From Cyanophora paradoxa CCMP329 (Eukaryota; Plantae; Glaucophyta), in contig QPMI01000036.1 in NCBI GenBank assembly GCA_004431415.1, positions 519,163 to 583,162 on the forward strand: 64,000 nt of DNA, read 5' to 3'. A program made the translations under genes and the position numbers. Below, piece by piece: positions 52,009 through 62,324 of this stretch. Below the pieces are notes generated by a model that was not told where the DNA came from, made no database searches, and saw only the letters and a list, made by a program, of their open reading frames with translations. Position 1 is the stretch's first letter. Each line of letters begins with the position of its first letter.

Positions 52009-52058
52009 TGTCCCGACCCTCCCAGATCTTTAAATTAATATCTCAAAAGGTCGAGACA
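52009..52058 (-). promoter_or_regulatory. Palindromic origin-like element (inverted copy) downstream of the helicase
   Basis: tgtcccgaccctcccagatctttaaattaatatctcaaaaggtcgagaca is the reverse complement of 55368-55417 with one mismatch. Confidence 0.75.
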
Positions 52059-52159
52059 TTCATTGATCATATGCATGACGTCACTTGAATTCGCACGTTC
52101 GTATTTACACACTGGCACGCGCATCCCGTTCGCGAAGTCCACACTGTGACATCCGACAA

Positions 52160-55100
52160 TCACACGCGCCTGTGAATGAGAGCATAGCAGTCGGAGAAAA
52201 CGTTGTAAACCTCTGGGAAGCTTGGCGCCATGCCTGCCCTTGCCTGCTTAGCCTGGCGCTCTACTGCGTCGTCGAGCATGTCTTCCTCCCACGTGATGTA
52301 GCGTCGCTTTCGGCTGCCCATTTGCCCTCCGTCCGCGTCGGAGAAAGCGCGTCTCACTCCGAGGTACTTCTCCAGCAGGTACTTGATGACTTGCCAAGAC
52401 TGCTGCGAGAGCCGCTTCTTCTCACCGTCCGCTGCATCGAAGCGGGGCGCGCGCTCGTCCAGACTCTGCAGAGCCGCGTACGCCTCCCGACCCTCCGGCG
52501 ACGCCAGGGCCGCGTAGGCTTCGTCCGACCACAGAGCACGCCCCGCGAGCTTTCCATACCCCCGCCAGCCGAAGAGTTTCTTGAACAGCGCGACGACCTT
52601 CGATACCTTGAGGCGCTCAGCAGTAGGCACGATCTCGGCAACGTCCGCGCCATGCTTCAGCACCAGCGTGACCACGGCAGTGAGCGGGATGGAGTAGAAC
52701 GAATCCCACATCCAGGCGACGTCTCCTTCGGTCAGCTCGCTCGGATCCTTGGCCAGGAACGCGGCGATCGACGTGCGAGCAAGCGAAGCAACCTTCTCGA
52801 TGTCCAGCTTAGCGAGAGACTCGCGGGACTGCCTCCAGGCCAGCACCGTGCTCCACAGATCGACGGGCTCCAGCGCGCCCGCCTCCAGCACGCTCCTGAT
52901 CTCGCGCAGCCGCTGCTCCTTCTCCTGCTTCGGTCCGCTCGGGTTTTGATCCTCCGTGACTTGCACGTTCATCAGCGCGCAGGTCGACATCAGCCGCAGG
53001 CGCGCTGCCACTGCGAGGCGCCGAGTGGGCATGCCGGCGCGGCGGCTCCCGCGGTGGCTAGCCTTCAGGTCCAGGTAGCGCTGCATGTCGTCCGAGCTCT
53101 CGTCGTCGTCGCTCTCACGCCAGTGCGCAGCCGCCGCGCCGACCGCAACCGAGGGCGTCCGGTTCTTGCGCACGGCGACGAGCAGGTGCTCTCCGTCGGG
53201 CGTGCTGCGTTTGCGCAGCCTTCTGACTCGAAACAGCAGCTGCACGATGTCGTCCGCCTCCAGCTGCGCGGGCTCTGCCTGGAACACGCCGTAGACCTTG
53301 TCAAAGTGCGCGTCCGAAAAGTCCACGCCTGCCCCGAGCGCGGAAGTTGCGATGAGCACGTCGCAGGCCTTGTACGCGCCCTCCTCAGACACATCGATCG
53401 ACACGATGCGCACTGGGCCGTCGTTCGTGAAGCGCACGCTCTTCTCCTTGGCCTGCCCAACGATGAGCCCGATCGTGAACGGTGCGCCGCTGCCGTCCTC
53501 GGGCCCTGCCTCGAGCTGAGTCACGTACTGAGCGCCGCCCAGGCTGAGCTGCTCCAGCGCCTGCTTCGCAATCTTCTCCTGCATCTCGATCGCCTTGGCC
53601 GGCGTCTCTGCAATGATCATCGCCCGGCAGCGCCCCGGTCTGCACAGCGCCATGATGTCCGCCTCGACGTGCGCCGGGCTGTCTGACACGCGCATCTTCC
53701 AGTCGCAGGTGCGATGCGAGTTGTACAGGAGCCCCAGGCGCGCCCCGACCTCCTGCGCCGACTCTGCCAGGTACGCGAGATCGACCGACCGAACGAAGCC
53801 GTCCATCGCCACGATGCGCGATGCCTTCATCACGCCGCGCCATAGGCCCACGCAGCGCGCGTTTCGAGGCACTGACCGCATACCTAGGTGCAGGCCGGTG
53901 GGCTCGAGGGTGCCGCTCGAGGTGAGGTGCTTCGTGAGGGAGGAGAGCTCGTCCAGCACGACCAGTAGCGGCGCCGTCGACCAGCCCTCCCAGTCCTCGA
54001 GCACCTTGTGCAGCGAGTCCCATGTGATGACGACGCACCTGCACTCCTCATGGCGGAAGCCCCACTTGCCATGCGATCCCTTTGAGCTCTCCGGTGGCTT
54101 CTTGATGTCCATGTAAAGCACGGCGTCCTTTGACAACTCCGCAGCATCAATGCGACGCTTGAGGTCGCGGGAGAAGGCCCGGCGGCAAGTCACGAGGATC
54201 ACTCGCCAGCCGCCTGCAAGGGCCGGGTCCAGGTACGCATCGATCAGCGCCTGCGTCTTCCCCGTGTTGAGTCCCGAGCAGATGACGTCGACCTGCGGCT
54301 GAGCGGATCTCGGGTTCTGCTCCAGCGCCCCGAATGCGGAGGTAAGGATCTTGCACGAGAGGTGGCGTTCATCCACTGCATTGACGCAAGCCTCCAGGCC
54401 CGTCGACTCGAGCGCGATCAGGAGGGAGGGAGGGCAATGTCGAAGGCGACAGGCTGCGAGGGATCGGTCACATAGCGGGTCTGTGCCACGCTGCCCGACT
54501 CCCCTCCGGTCCCCTCCCCCTCGAGCTCGACTTCAATACCGTGCGCCTGGATGGAGATTCGAGCCGCCGGCGCCCCCGGCTGACTCCCGCCCAGGACGAG
54601 GGTGATGGACCCGTCGGGCTCGACTCCAAGGTGCTGAACGCGGCGGGCGTCGTGCAGGCCAAGGTCCGCGCGCAGCTCTGCCCCGCCTTCCAGATCTCGT
54701 CCCTCACCGCCTTGTTCTTGCGCAGGCGGTCCAGGAGCCGCTCCAAGGCCGGCAGGCTTGGGCTCGAATCCAGGAGAGCGCCCGGCTCCGGGATGGGCTT
54801 AGCGCGGGGCGCCGAGCTTCTGGATGGAGTGGGAGGAGCTCCGCTCGCGGCCCGGGCGCCGGCCCCCGCAGAACGTAGCCCCCGTGCCATCCACACCGAG
54901 CTCCAGGCCGCTCGAGCTCCCAAAGAACCATGCCATGAGATCGCAAGCCTCCGGGCTCTGTAGGACGTAGGCAGCCTTGAATCCATTATCCAAGGGGCGA
55001 GAGAAAGTGAAGCCTCCGAACTTGGTTGCAAAGGCGCAGGCTGCCGCGGTGCTCGTCTCATCCTCGGCACCCGAGAAGTGGCTGGGGTGATGCAGGGCGG

Positions 55101-55277
55101 GTGGAAGACGCAGAAAGCCGTCCCCAGGGTCGGGCTGCAGGCCTTCTGGACTTCGACGAGAGGGAATCGAACGAAAAAGCTGCACTCCTGCTCGCTCAGA
55201 TCTATCTGCTGTACCCCGGGCCCGGGCATACGGGCCAGGAAGGCGTCGACGTCGAGAGACACGCGTCCGGTTGCCAT
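52160..55277 (-). CDS. Origin-binding-protein (herpes UL9-like) SF2 helicase with a frameshifted N-terminal extension
   Basis: Open 52160-54376: SGLNTGKT (motif I), VTCRRAFS (Ia), ITWDSLHKV, VVLDELSS (II), VAMDG (III), TSALGAGVDF..HFD (V), QLLFRVRRL (VI). Upstream frames from ATG 55277 appear to continue the same gene through indels. Confidence 0.85.
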
Positions 55278-55367
55278 GGTCGTCTCTCTATAGCTAGGCT
55301 TGGAAAATTCTAGATCTACTAGGCTAGTCAACGTCTGTTGGCTAGCTATAGTCGACGTCTGGACTGC

Positions 55368-55417
55368 TGTCTCGACCTTCTGAGATATTAATTTAAAGAT
55401 CTGGGAGGGTCGGGACA
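55368..55417 (+). promoter_or_regulatory. Palindromic origin-like element upstream of the helicase start
   Basis: tgtctcgaccttctgagatattaatttaaagatctgggagggtcgggaca, ~90 bp before ATG 55277. Confidence 0.75.
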
Positions 55418-56560
55418 GGCTTTGGTCCGACCTTAAGCGCTCAACTAGACCCGGTTGACACCGTCTTGATCTCTCCTTCTTGGCGCAGCGGACGATGTGA
55501 CGCGCAGACCGTCGGCCCGGCGGACGGGGAGGCGCGCGCGTAGAACTTCGGAAGCGCTAGCCCCTTGCTTGACCGAAGCTTAGAAAGTTTTGAGCGCACG
55601 TGAATGCGACACGTGTAGAGAGAAGGCAGAGCGCGCCGGAGCTAGCTTGCGCGGCCGAGCGCTCGACCGCCTTTGCTCCTAAGCTCAGAAAGTTTTGGGC
55701 TCACGCGGTTGCTCCACGTGTTTCGACTCAAAACACAGTACCCCAACCCGAAAAAAAGCGCCCGGGCAGCGCATCTCGCAGCGCCCGGGCCCAGCGCTCC
55801 TTGCAGCACTTGCCAGAGGCACTAGCTTGCATTCCGCTCAGCCCGGAGAGCCGCCGCCTCGCTCCTTTCGATTCGGAGGTGCGCCTCACTTCGCAACCTC
55901 TTTCTCCGCACCACGGCTAGCTCCGGACCTCAGATTTTGGGCGCTGGAAAGCTCTCTCGACGCCGCACTCACGCCGCCACGCGCAGGGTCGCTCGCGCCG
56001 GCCGCGGACCTTCGAAAGCTCGATGGCGCCCGAGCCGGAGCACTCCGCCGCATCCCGCAGGTGCCAGCTCGCTCTCTTGCCGCTCTATCCCTTGCATTTA
56101 GCACCTAGAACATGCCCGCAACCTCGCGCTCGATTCGCCCGCGTCCGCTGACATTTGGTCTCTGAGCAGGTGCCGAGATTGGCCGCCGCGCCTTCCGCAA
56201 CTCGAGCCGACGTTCGCGGCGACTTGCGCACGCTTCTAGATCTCGTTCTCAAGCCCGCGCATCGATTCGGCGGCTCCGGCTCGCCTCCCCGCGCCTCCAG
56301 CCCCGCGCCCCACACCCGTTCTTGTCCTAGCTAAGCCCTCCCTTGTCCGCGGCCAGTCGCGGGCTACGCGCATCGCGGATAGCATCAGTGGAGCTACGTT
56401 TCAGCGCTGGACGCAGGCCCGCCCGCCCAATCCCTCCCACCTCCCGCTCGCAGCACGCTCACTGGGCCGCAGGCAGCTTCGCGGGGAGCCGCTGGATTCG
56501 AAGCCGCGCACCTTCCCCGCCCGTCCCGACGTCGTACGCGCTAACGTCGCCCGCGCCGCA

Positions 56561-57716
56561 GGTGGCCGCCAGGCCTCCTGCATCCAGCCTTCGAGCCGGT
56601 GTGGCTGCGGGAGAAGCGCCTCGCCTTCTGGCAGGAGACGGCCTCCTGCCCCCTCACCCGCTTCATCATCACCCACTGCGTCGTCGACCCCACCACCTTC
56701 CTCGTCGGCTCGGAGACGGAGGGCTGGATGACGAGCGTCGCGGGCATCGTCGAGTACATCGCGCGCACGGAGGGCCCGGACACCTCCGCCGCCGTCGCCG
56801 CCGACGTCGAGAACGGCGAGCTGGACGAGACCATCGCCGCCTTCGGCCCCAGGTGCCGCCTCTTCTCCTACAGGGCCGGCGGCATCTGGCAGACCTACAT
56901 CCGCGGCATCGTCCCCAAGGCCCCCCTCTCCCTCGGCGAGAGCCAGCCGGCGCTGGAGGCGATCGCGATCCCCGTCGCCCAGTTCAAGGACCCGGCGCCC
57001 GACGTCGGGCCCTTCCTCGTCAAGCCCCACACCAAGGGCAAGGGCAAGCGCACCCGCAACTCGGCGCCGGCCTTCCTCCCGCCCCAGCCCCCCGCCACGG
57101 CCCCCCAGCAGCGCCCCGGCCAGCAGCGCATCGACGAGATGCTGCCGCGCCAGGTCCGGCCCCGCGTACCCCCCGCCTTCCCTCCCGTACCCCCCCTCCC
57201 CCGCCCCCTCCTGATCCAAGGGCAGGGTACCCCGACGAACGGCGGCGCGGGCCCGAGCGGCTACGGGAGCTCGGCCTCCTCCGCGAGCGCCGACGGCCCA
57301 GCCCCCTCCCCGGCCCCGGCGCCGTCCTCACCGCGATCCAGGGCTTCGGGGCCCAGCAGGAGGCCGAGCGGCGGGCGCTGGCGGCGCGCCAGGCGCGCGA
57401 GGCGGAGGAGCGGCGCCAGGCCCTCTGGGCCCAGCGCCTGCAGGCCACCATCGCCTTCCGCGCCGAGCTGGACTCCGGCTTCCGCGCCGGCCAGATCGCC
57501 GGGGCGGAGGCCTCGGAGCGCTGGCGGGCGTTCGAGGCGGAGTCGGCGGGGCTGGCGAAGGGCCTCGGCTACAGCTACCGGCGCGTGCCCGTGCTCAAGG
57601 ACTACGCGTCGGCCGCGGCGCGGGAGGCCTCGCGGGCGGAGATCGACGCGGCGGAGGAGCAGGCGGCGCGCGAGGAGGCCGAGGACAACGCGCGCTTCCG
57701 GCACCTGCACCACTGA
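56561..57716 (+). CDS. Orphan protein (frameshifted); start resembles a D5/P4-primase C-terminal region
   Basis: Strong coding bias. EPVWLREKRLAFWQETASCPLTRFIITHCVVDP.., then a Pro-rich linker and a helical tail. Preceded by ctaac..cag, a branch point/acceptor-like signal. Confidence 0.45.
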
Positions 57717-57765
57717 GGCCCCGAGGCGGTATTTTTTCTCAACCCTCCCTCAATTCGGTCCCGCG

Positions 57766-57954
57766 ATGGCCTTCGAAGCTTATCCTGCCCACTACTCGCT
57801 AGGAGCGCTGGCCGCGACCCTCACCTGGCTCCTCGGCGGCACCCCCACGGCCTCGGCGGTCATAGGCGTGGGCTTCGGCTACGCCGCCAAGTCCCTCTAC
57901 GCCCCCGGCGGCGCCTCGCAGGCGGCGGCCGGCATGCGCCCCGCCGGGCGCTAA
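57766..57954 (+). CDS. Small hydrophobic orphan protein
   Basis: MAFEAYPAHYSLGALAATLTWLLGG..AVIGVGFGYAAK has two short hydrophobic segments and T-rich flanks. Confidence 0.55.
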   Translation: MAFEAYPAHYSLGALAATLTWLLGGTPTASAVIGVGFGYAAKSLYAPGGASQAAAGMRPAGR

Positions 57955-58049
57955 CTTTTCAAAGTTCATTCTCCCCTCCCCCTTTTCCGAGTTCCGAGTC
58001 CGTTGGCGTTCCCTTTTAAATTTTCTTCATTCTCGTTACACGTTCGAAG

Positions 58050-58529
58050 ATGTCGAGCGCGGTAGAGAAGCTGCTGTGCACCGTGTTCAAATCGGATTCG
58101 CGATGCAGCAAGATCGGCGAGGCGGCGAGGGCTAAGGGCGGGGCGGCGGCGGAGGGGCCCAGGGTGAAGGCGGCGGATCCCGCGCCGCCGTCGCTGAAAA
58201 CGATCAAGGGGGCGGGCAAGGGCAGGAGCGTGGGGGCGCTGCCCCTCGTGGCGATCGCGCCGGGGCAGAGGGAGGCGGCGCACGCGGCGACGGCGGCGCT
58301 GGCCGCGCGGCGGCAGGCGGAGGCCTACCCGTGCCTGGGCCGGGGGCTGCACCCGCCGGCCGGCCGCCCCTACGCCGTGAGCGCCTACTTCGACGAGGCC
58401 AACCGGCTGAGCTGCCAGGAGCTGTGCGACAACCGCATGCGGCGCGCCGTGGACGGGCACCTGCCGCTGCTGGTGGCGCTGGGCGGCTCGCTCCTGATGG
58501 TCTGGTACCTGCGCGGCCTGGTCATTTAG
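58050..58529 (+). CDS. Orphan protein with Cys residues and a C-terminal transmembrane anchor
   Basis: Intronless 159-aa ORF ending LPLLVALGGSLLMVWYLRGLVI. Confidence 0.6.
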   Translation: MSSAVEKLLCTVFKSDSRCSKIGEAARAKGGAAAEGPRVKAADPAPPSLKTIKGAGKGRSVGALPLVAIAPGQREAAHAATAALAARRQAEAYPCLGRGLHPPAGRPYAVSAYFDEANRLSCQELCDNRMRRAVDGHLPLLVALGGSLLMVWYLRGLVI

Positions 58530-58555
58530 ATAGTTTTTCGAAGTCTAGGTCAAAG

Positions 58556-58957
58556 ATGGGCTGGGTGGACGCCGTGCTGACCAAGGTCTTCGGACCGAAG
58601 AGCGCGCAGCCGCCGCCGAGCTTCAACCTGGCCGCGGCGATCAGCACGACGATCGAGCGCAAGAACAACGAGCTCATCCTAAAGAACGACGGCAAGCTTC
58701 CCTGGGCCGACGTGGCCGCGGGCGCACTCGGCAGCACGCTGACGGGAATCGATCGGACGGGCGCCGCGGGCGTGAAGGTCGGGCAGGCGGTTGCGGCCGT
58801 GCCGGAGCTTGCGATGAAGGGCTGGCACTACGCCAAGATCGCCGCCGGCGTCGCCGCGGTGCTCCTTGCGATCTGGCTCGCGTGGCAGCTGCGCGGCGCC
58901 TACCAGGGCGCGCGCCTGCAGAGCGCCCAGCTCGACTATTTTCTAAAGGCTAGGTAA
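58556..58957 (+). CDS. Orphan membrane protein
   Basis: MGWVDAVLTKVFG..IAAGVAAVLLAIWLAWQLR, starting 27 bp after the previous stop. Confidence 0.6.
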   Translation: MGWVDAVLTKVFGPKSAQPPPSFNLAAAISTTIERKNNELILKNDGKLPWADVAAGALGSTLTGIDRTGAAGVKVGQAVAAVPELAMKGWHYAKIAAGVAAVLLAIWLAWQLRGAYQGARLQSAQLDYFLKAR

Positions 58958-58969
58958 AGCGAGCGAACC

Positions 58970-59341
58970 ATGCGCGGCGGCTCTTCCCCCGTGTTTCCTT
59001 CGCTGAGAACCCGGTGGCGAACGCAGTCGCCCCTACCCCCTGGAGCCCGGAGTGAAGCTGGAGCGTGCGAACGCAGTCTCCGTCAAGAAGGCCAAGCGCA
59101 CGCTGGCGCTGGAGTCCCGGTCGCGGAGGATACGGAGAAGGTTGCATTCAACAAGCGCAAGACGTACAAGGCGATACGCGAGGGACAGCTGCTGCCACCG
59201 GACTCGGTTCCCGGGCTGCCGGGCACCACGGCCGGCGAGCTCCTAGTGCGCAACCTGCGCCTGCAGTACGTCTCCCGCCTCCGCCGCTCCAAGGCCAAGA
59301 AGGCGCGCCTGGACTCGGGCGATAGCAGCTCTAGCTCGTAG
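58970..59341 (+). CDS. Basic orphan protein (probably frameshifted)
   Basis: K/R-rich (NKRKTYKAIR; RLRRSKAKKARL); tightly packed after the previous ORF. Confidence 0.5.
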   Translation: MRGGSSPVFPSLRTRWRTQSPLPPGARSEAGACERSLRQEGQAHAGAGVPVAEDTEKVAFNKRKTYKAIREGQLLPPDSVPGLPGTTAGELLVRNLRLQYVSRLRRSKAKKARLDSGDSSSSS

Positions 59342-59368
59342 GGCTCTGTACTGTTGTATTCAATGCCT

Positions 59369-59653
59369 TTACCAGTTCCTGTTCCTATCCCAGAGCACGA
59401 CTCGGGTGAAGGGCACGGTCATAGCGAACATGAACTCGGCGAACTTTGCAAAGTTCATCAGGGTTCCCAGGCGGGGATCCTCCCAGTAGATCGCCTCGCG
59501 CAGCGCCTCGTAGACGCGCATGAGGGAGCGCTCGTTCTCCGTCGCGAAGGCGTCGCCGGGCTCGTCGGGGTCGGGATCCGTGAGCTCGGAGTACTCGTCC
59601 GAGCTGCCCGCGCTCTCGGCACCTGCGGCGGGGTCGGGCGAGGGGTCGGGCAT
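59369..59653 (-). CDS. Small orphan protein with an acidic N-terminus
   Basis: MPDPS..DAFATENERSLMRVYEALREAIYWEDPRLGTLMNFAKFAEFMF, an intact 94-aa ORF. Confidence 0.6.
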   Translation of the reverse strand: MPDPSPDPAAGAESAGSSDEYSELTDPDPDEPGDAFATENERSLMRVYEALREAIYWEDPRLGTLMNFAKFAEFMFAMTVPFTRVVLWDRNRNW

Positions 59654-59689
59654 TCTCTACTAGTAGAAGGGCTAGAAAATCACTAGCAA

Positions 59690-60027
59690 TCACGGGCGCC
59701 GGAACTCCATCGAGTCGCCGCGCCAGTACTTGTTGCCGGAGGCGAGCAGCTTCATCGGCTCGCCCGTCGAATCGTGCTTCCAGGCCTCGCCGTCCCAGAG
59801 GGCCGTGCCGCCGTCCTCTAGCTTGAGGCGGTGGCCCGGCTCGAGCCGGTTGCCGTCGAGCATGCGGCCGGCCATGAGCGCCAGGTCCACTCGGTGAGGT
59901 TGCGCTGCTCTGCGGGGTGAGGCCGCGCTCGACGCGCTCGGGCTGGCGCGCCTCGCGCTCCATGCGGCTGAGGCCACCAGGAAGAAGATGGGCACGCAAA
60001 GGCCATGAGATCTAGCAGGGCCTCCAT
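59690..60027 (-). CDS. Small orphan protein (frameshifted 5' part)
   Basis: Hydrophobic start (MEALLDLMAF / PIFFLVAS) and C-terminal LKLEDGGTALWDGEAWKHDSTGEP. Confidence 0.45.
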
Positions 60028-60391
60028 TGGGAGGACTTAGAAAAGGTTCCGGACCAGGCCCGAGAGCTGCGGGCCCAGGCGCCGGGCGGCGTAGTAGAGC
60101 GCGGCCGCCGCCGCCGCAAGGATCAGAAGGCGCGGCGGGCCGCGCGCCGGCTCCTCCAGGGTCAGGTCCACGGTCTCCGGCCCGCGCGCCGGAGCCGCCA
60201 GGATCTCGGGCTCGGAGCAGAGGGACTTGGGCCGCGGCGGCGGCGCTGCTTGGGCGCCGAGGCGGCGGCGGTGAGAAGGTCCTCAGGCTCCTGCTTGATA
60301 CCTGCGCAATCGGTGAAGTCCATGCTTGCTGGGTACCTTGGAAAATTGTGGGAGGCGTCCGGAGTGTGCGAACGTAGCTCCAATGGGATTT

Positions 60392-61052
60392 GCGTCATTT
60401 ACGTCCGCGTCATTTACGTCACGGAGTTTGCCGGCGACTCGGGACTCGGGCCCAACTTCTCCGGTAAGTTCGAGACTTGAACTCGGCGGGGGTACCCCCG
60501 GTGTCCTAGTGTCCTAGTGTCCTAGTGCTACTAGCTAGGTGGTATCGATATCTAGCTAGCTAGCGCTAGCGCTTGCTTAATTAATTAACCTGAAGGGTCG
60601 CGTCATTTACGTCAGCGTCATTTACGTCACGGAGTTTGCCGGCGACTCGGGACTCGGGCCAACTTCTCCCGGTAAGTTCGTCACGACCAGTAGCTACTAG
60701 TACCGCTAGTACTACGTAGTACTACTTAGTACTACTTGGTACTACTTAGTACTACTAGCTTAGTACTAGTAGCCACCGATACTGGTACAGCTTTTATAGA
60801 TTTAAGCATTCATTCAATGTGAATAACGATAATAGTAATAATAATAACGATAAGTAATAGGGATACCTATTTTTCCAAGTCTCGAACTTACCGGGAGAAG
60901 TTGGGCCCGAGTCCCGAGTCGCCGGCAAACTCCGTGACGTAAATGACGCTGACGTAAATGACGCGACCCTTCGGTAACCTCCGCAACCCTTCAGGTAAAT
61001 GTCAGGTAACTTCAGTTGAGTTAATTAAGCAAGCGCTAGCTAGCTAGATATC
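60392..61052. repeat. Iteron-containing direct and inverted repeat complex
   Basis: An ~85-bp unit (gcgtcatttacgtc)x2-acggagtttgccggcgactcgggactcgggcc..ggtaagttcg lies at 60392 (+), 60600 (+) and 60876-60965 (-). Arms 60547-60680 and 60883-61052 are inverted around an AT-rich spacer. Confidence 0.92.
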
Positions 61053-61082
61053 ACAGCTCTACCTTGCCCAAGTTGATGGTAT

Positions 61083-61469
61083 CTAGCAGGCCTGCTCCTC
61101 CAAGTCTGCACCGCCGCCGCCGCCAGCGCTAGCGCTAGCTCGATACCGCCTCCGGACTTGATCTCCCTTGGCTCCAGCCACCTGAGGGCTCAGGCCACTC
61201 CTCCTGGTGAAGCCGGTATCGTTGCTCTTGTCCAGCTTGAGGTAGCGGTAGGGCGCCGGCGCCGGCCAGTCCGGCCTGTGGCCGCTTGCCTCCTTGGCTA
61301 TGTCCTTGGGCCTACGCGGTCGCAGGTCCGCCTTGGCCTTCGCCCTCTGCAAGGGGCCCAGCGCCTTGAACTTCGGTGCCTTGGTCGCCGCAGGGCCTTC
61401 GGCTGGGGCTTCACCGCCTTCGGCTGCTGAGGCCTTAGCTGCTTCGATTTCGGCATACTTCTTGCTCAT
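61083..61469 (-). CDS. Basic Lys/Ala-rich orphan protein
   Basis: MSKKYAEIEAAKAS.., an intronless 128-aa ORF. Confidence 0.5.
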   Translation of the reverse strand: MSKKYAEIEAAKASAAEGGEAPAEGPAATKAPKFKALGPLQRAKAKADLRPRRPKDIAKEASGHRPDWPAPAPYRYLKLDKSNDTGFTRRSGLSPQVAGAKGDQVRRRYRASASAGGGGGADLEEQAC

Positions 61470-61944
61470 AAATGAGAAAGCGCCTCGAAGTCGGCCTTTA
61501 TCTCCTCCTTGGTCCAGGATGTCACCTGATCCGGGTCACCTGAGAACGCGCATCGAACGCCACGTGGAGCGATTTGCAGCCTGAGCTATCATTGGCTCGG
61601 CCAGGCCAGCTCGATCAGCTGAAGGTAGATGTTCAGGCCTTGTCGAGCTTGGCGCCCTGAGAGACTAGCTGGGAGATAGCGGGCTCCATGGTACAGCAGA
61701 GCTTTAGAAAATGGCGCCAAGTCCAAGTCCTTTTTTACGGGCGAGGCCTGGGCCGGGGCCAGGGCCGAGTCCAACTCCGTGACGTAAATGACGCTGACGT
61801 AAATGACGCGGACGTAAATGACGCCGAATTTTCAAGTTGCCTCACCTGAAACTCAGCTGAGCGCTCACCTGACCCTCACCTGAACGCCTCAAAACGCAGC
61901 CCGCCGCGCCTCTCCTCACACTTCAAAGCCAAGAGAAATCAAGA

Positions 61945-62168
61945 ATGTGCATCCCACGTACTTCACCTGCTGTCTCACCTTCGGCATCTTCGCATACGTC
62001 ATATACGACGATGAGTTCGACCGAAACACGTTCTACTTCTGCAAGCTCCTTCGCGACATTTCGTCGGAGCACCGCAAGGGCGATGAGTATGATTGGATTC
62101 AACTGCTCCCCTCAAGAACGAGATCGTACTGTGAGAGAGAAGTGCATTGTAGGCAGGTTCAAGATTAG
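61945..62168 (+). CDS. Small Cys/aromatic-rich orphan ORF (frameshift near start)
   Basis: HPTYFTCCLTFGIFAYVIYDDEFDRNTFYFCK.. downstream of repeated tcacctga motifs. Confidence 0.4.
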
Positions 62169-62324
62169 CTCGATTCGTGTAGCCGTCGTAGAGGATCTGA
62201 TGGTGAATTGAACACGTGTTTTACCTGAATCACCTGAGCGCTCACCCGAGGTCAGCTGAAGTCGGTGGGGCGCCTTAAATATTTTCTAGCGCTAGGCTGA
62301 AGCACACTCTAAGCTAACGCAAAC

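Noticed and set aside
52085-53686. 533-aa plus-strand ORF
   Set aside because: Antisense shadow of the helicase gene caused by high GC3; no motifs.
52009-55417. Classical TIR transposon carrying the helicase
   Set aside because: No target-site duplication (..cgcaa versus ggctt..), no transposase, and the same palindrome also occurs in tandem outside the unit.
60690-60860. Telomeric repeat
   Set aside because: TAGTACTAC/AAT repeats are irregular and lack a G-rich telomere unit.
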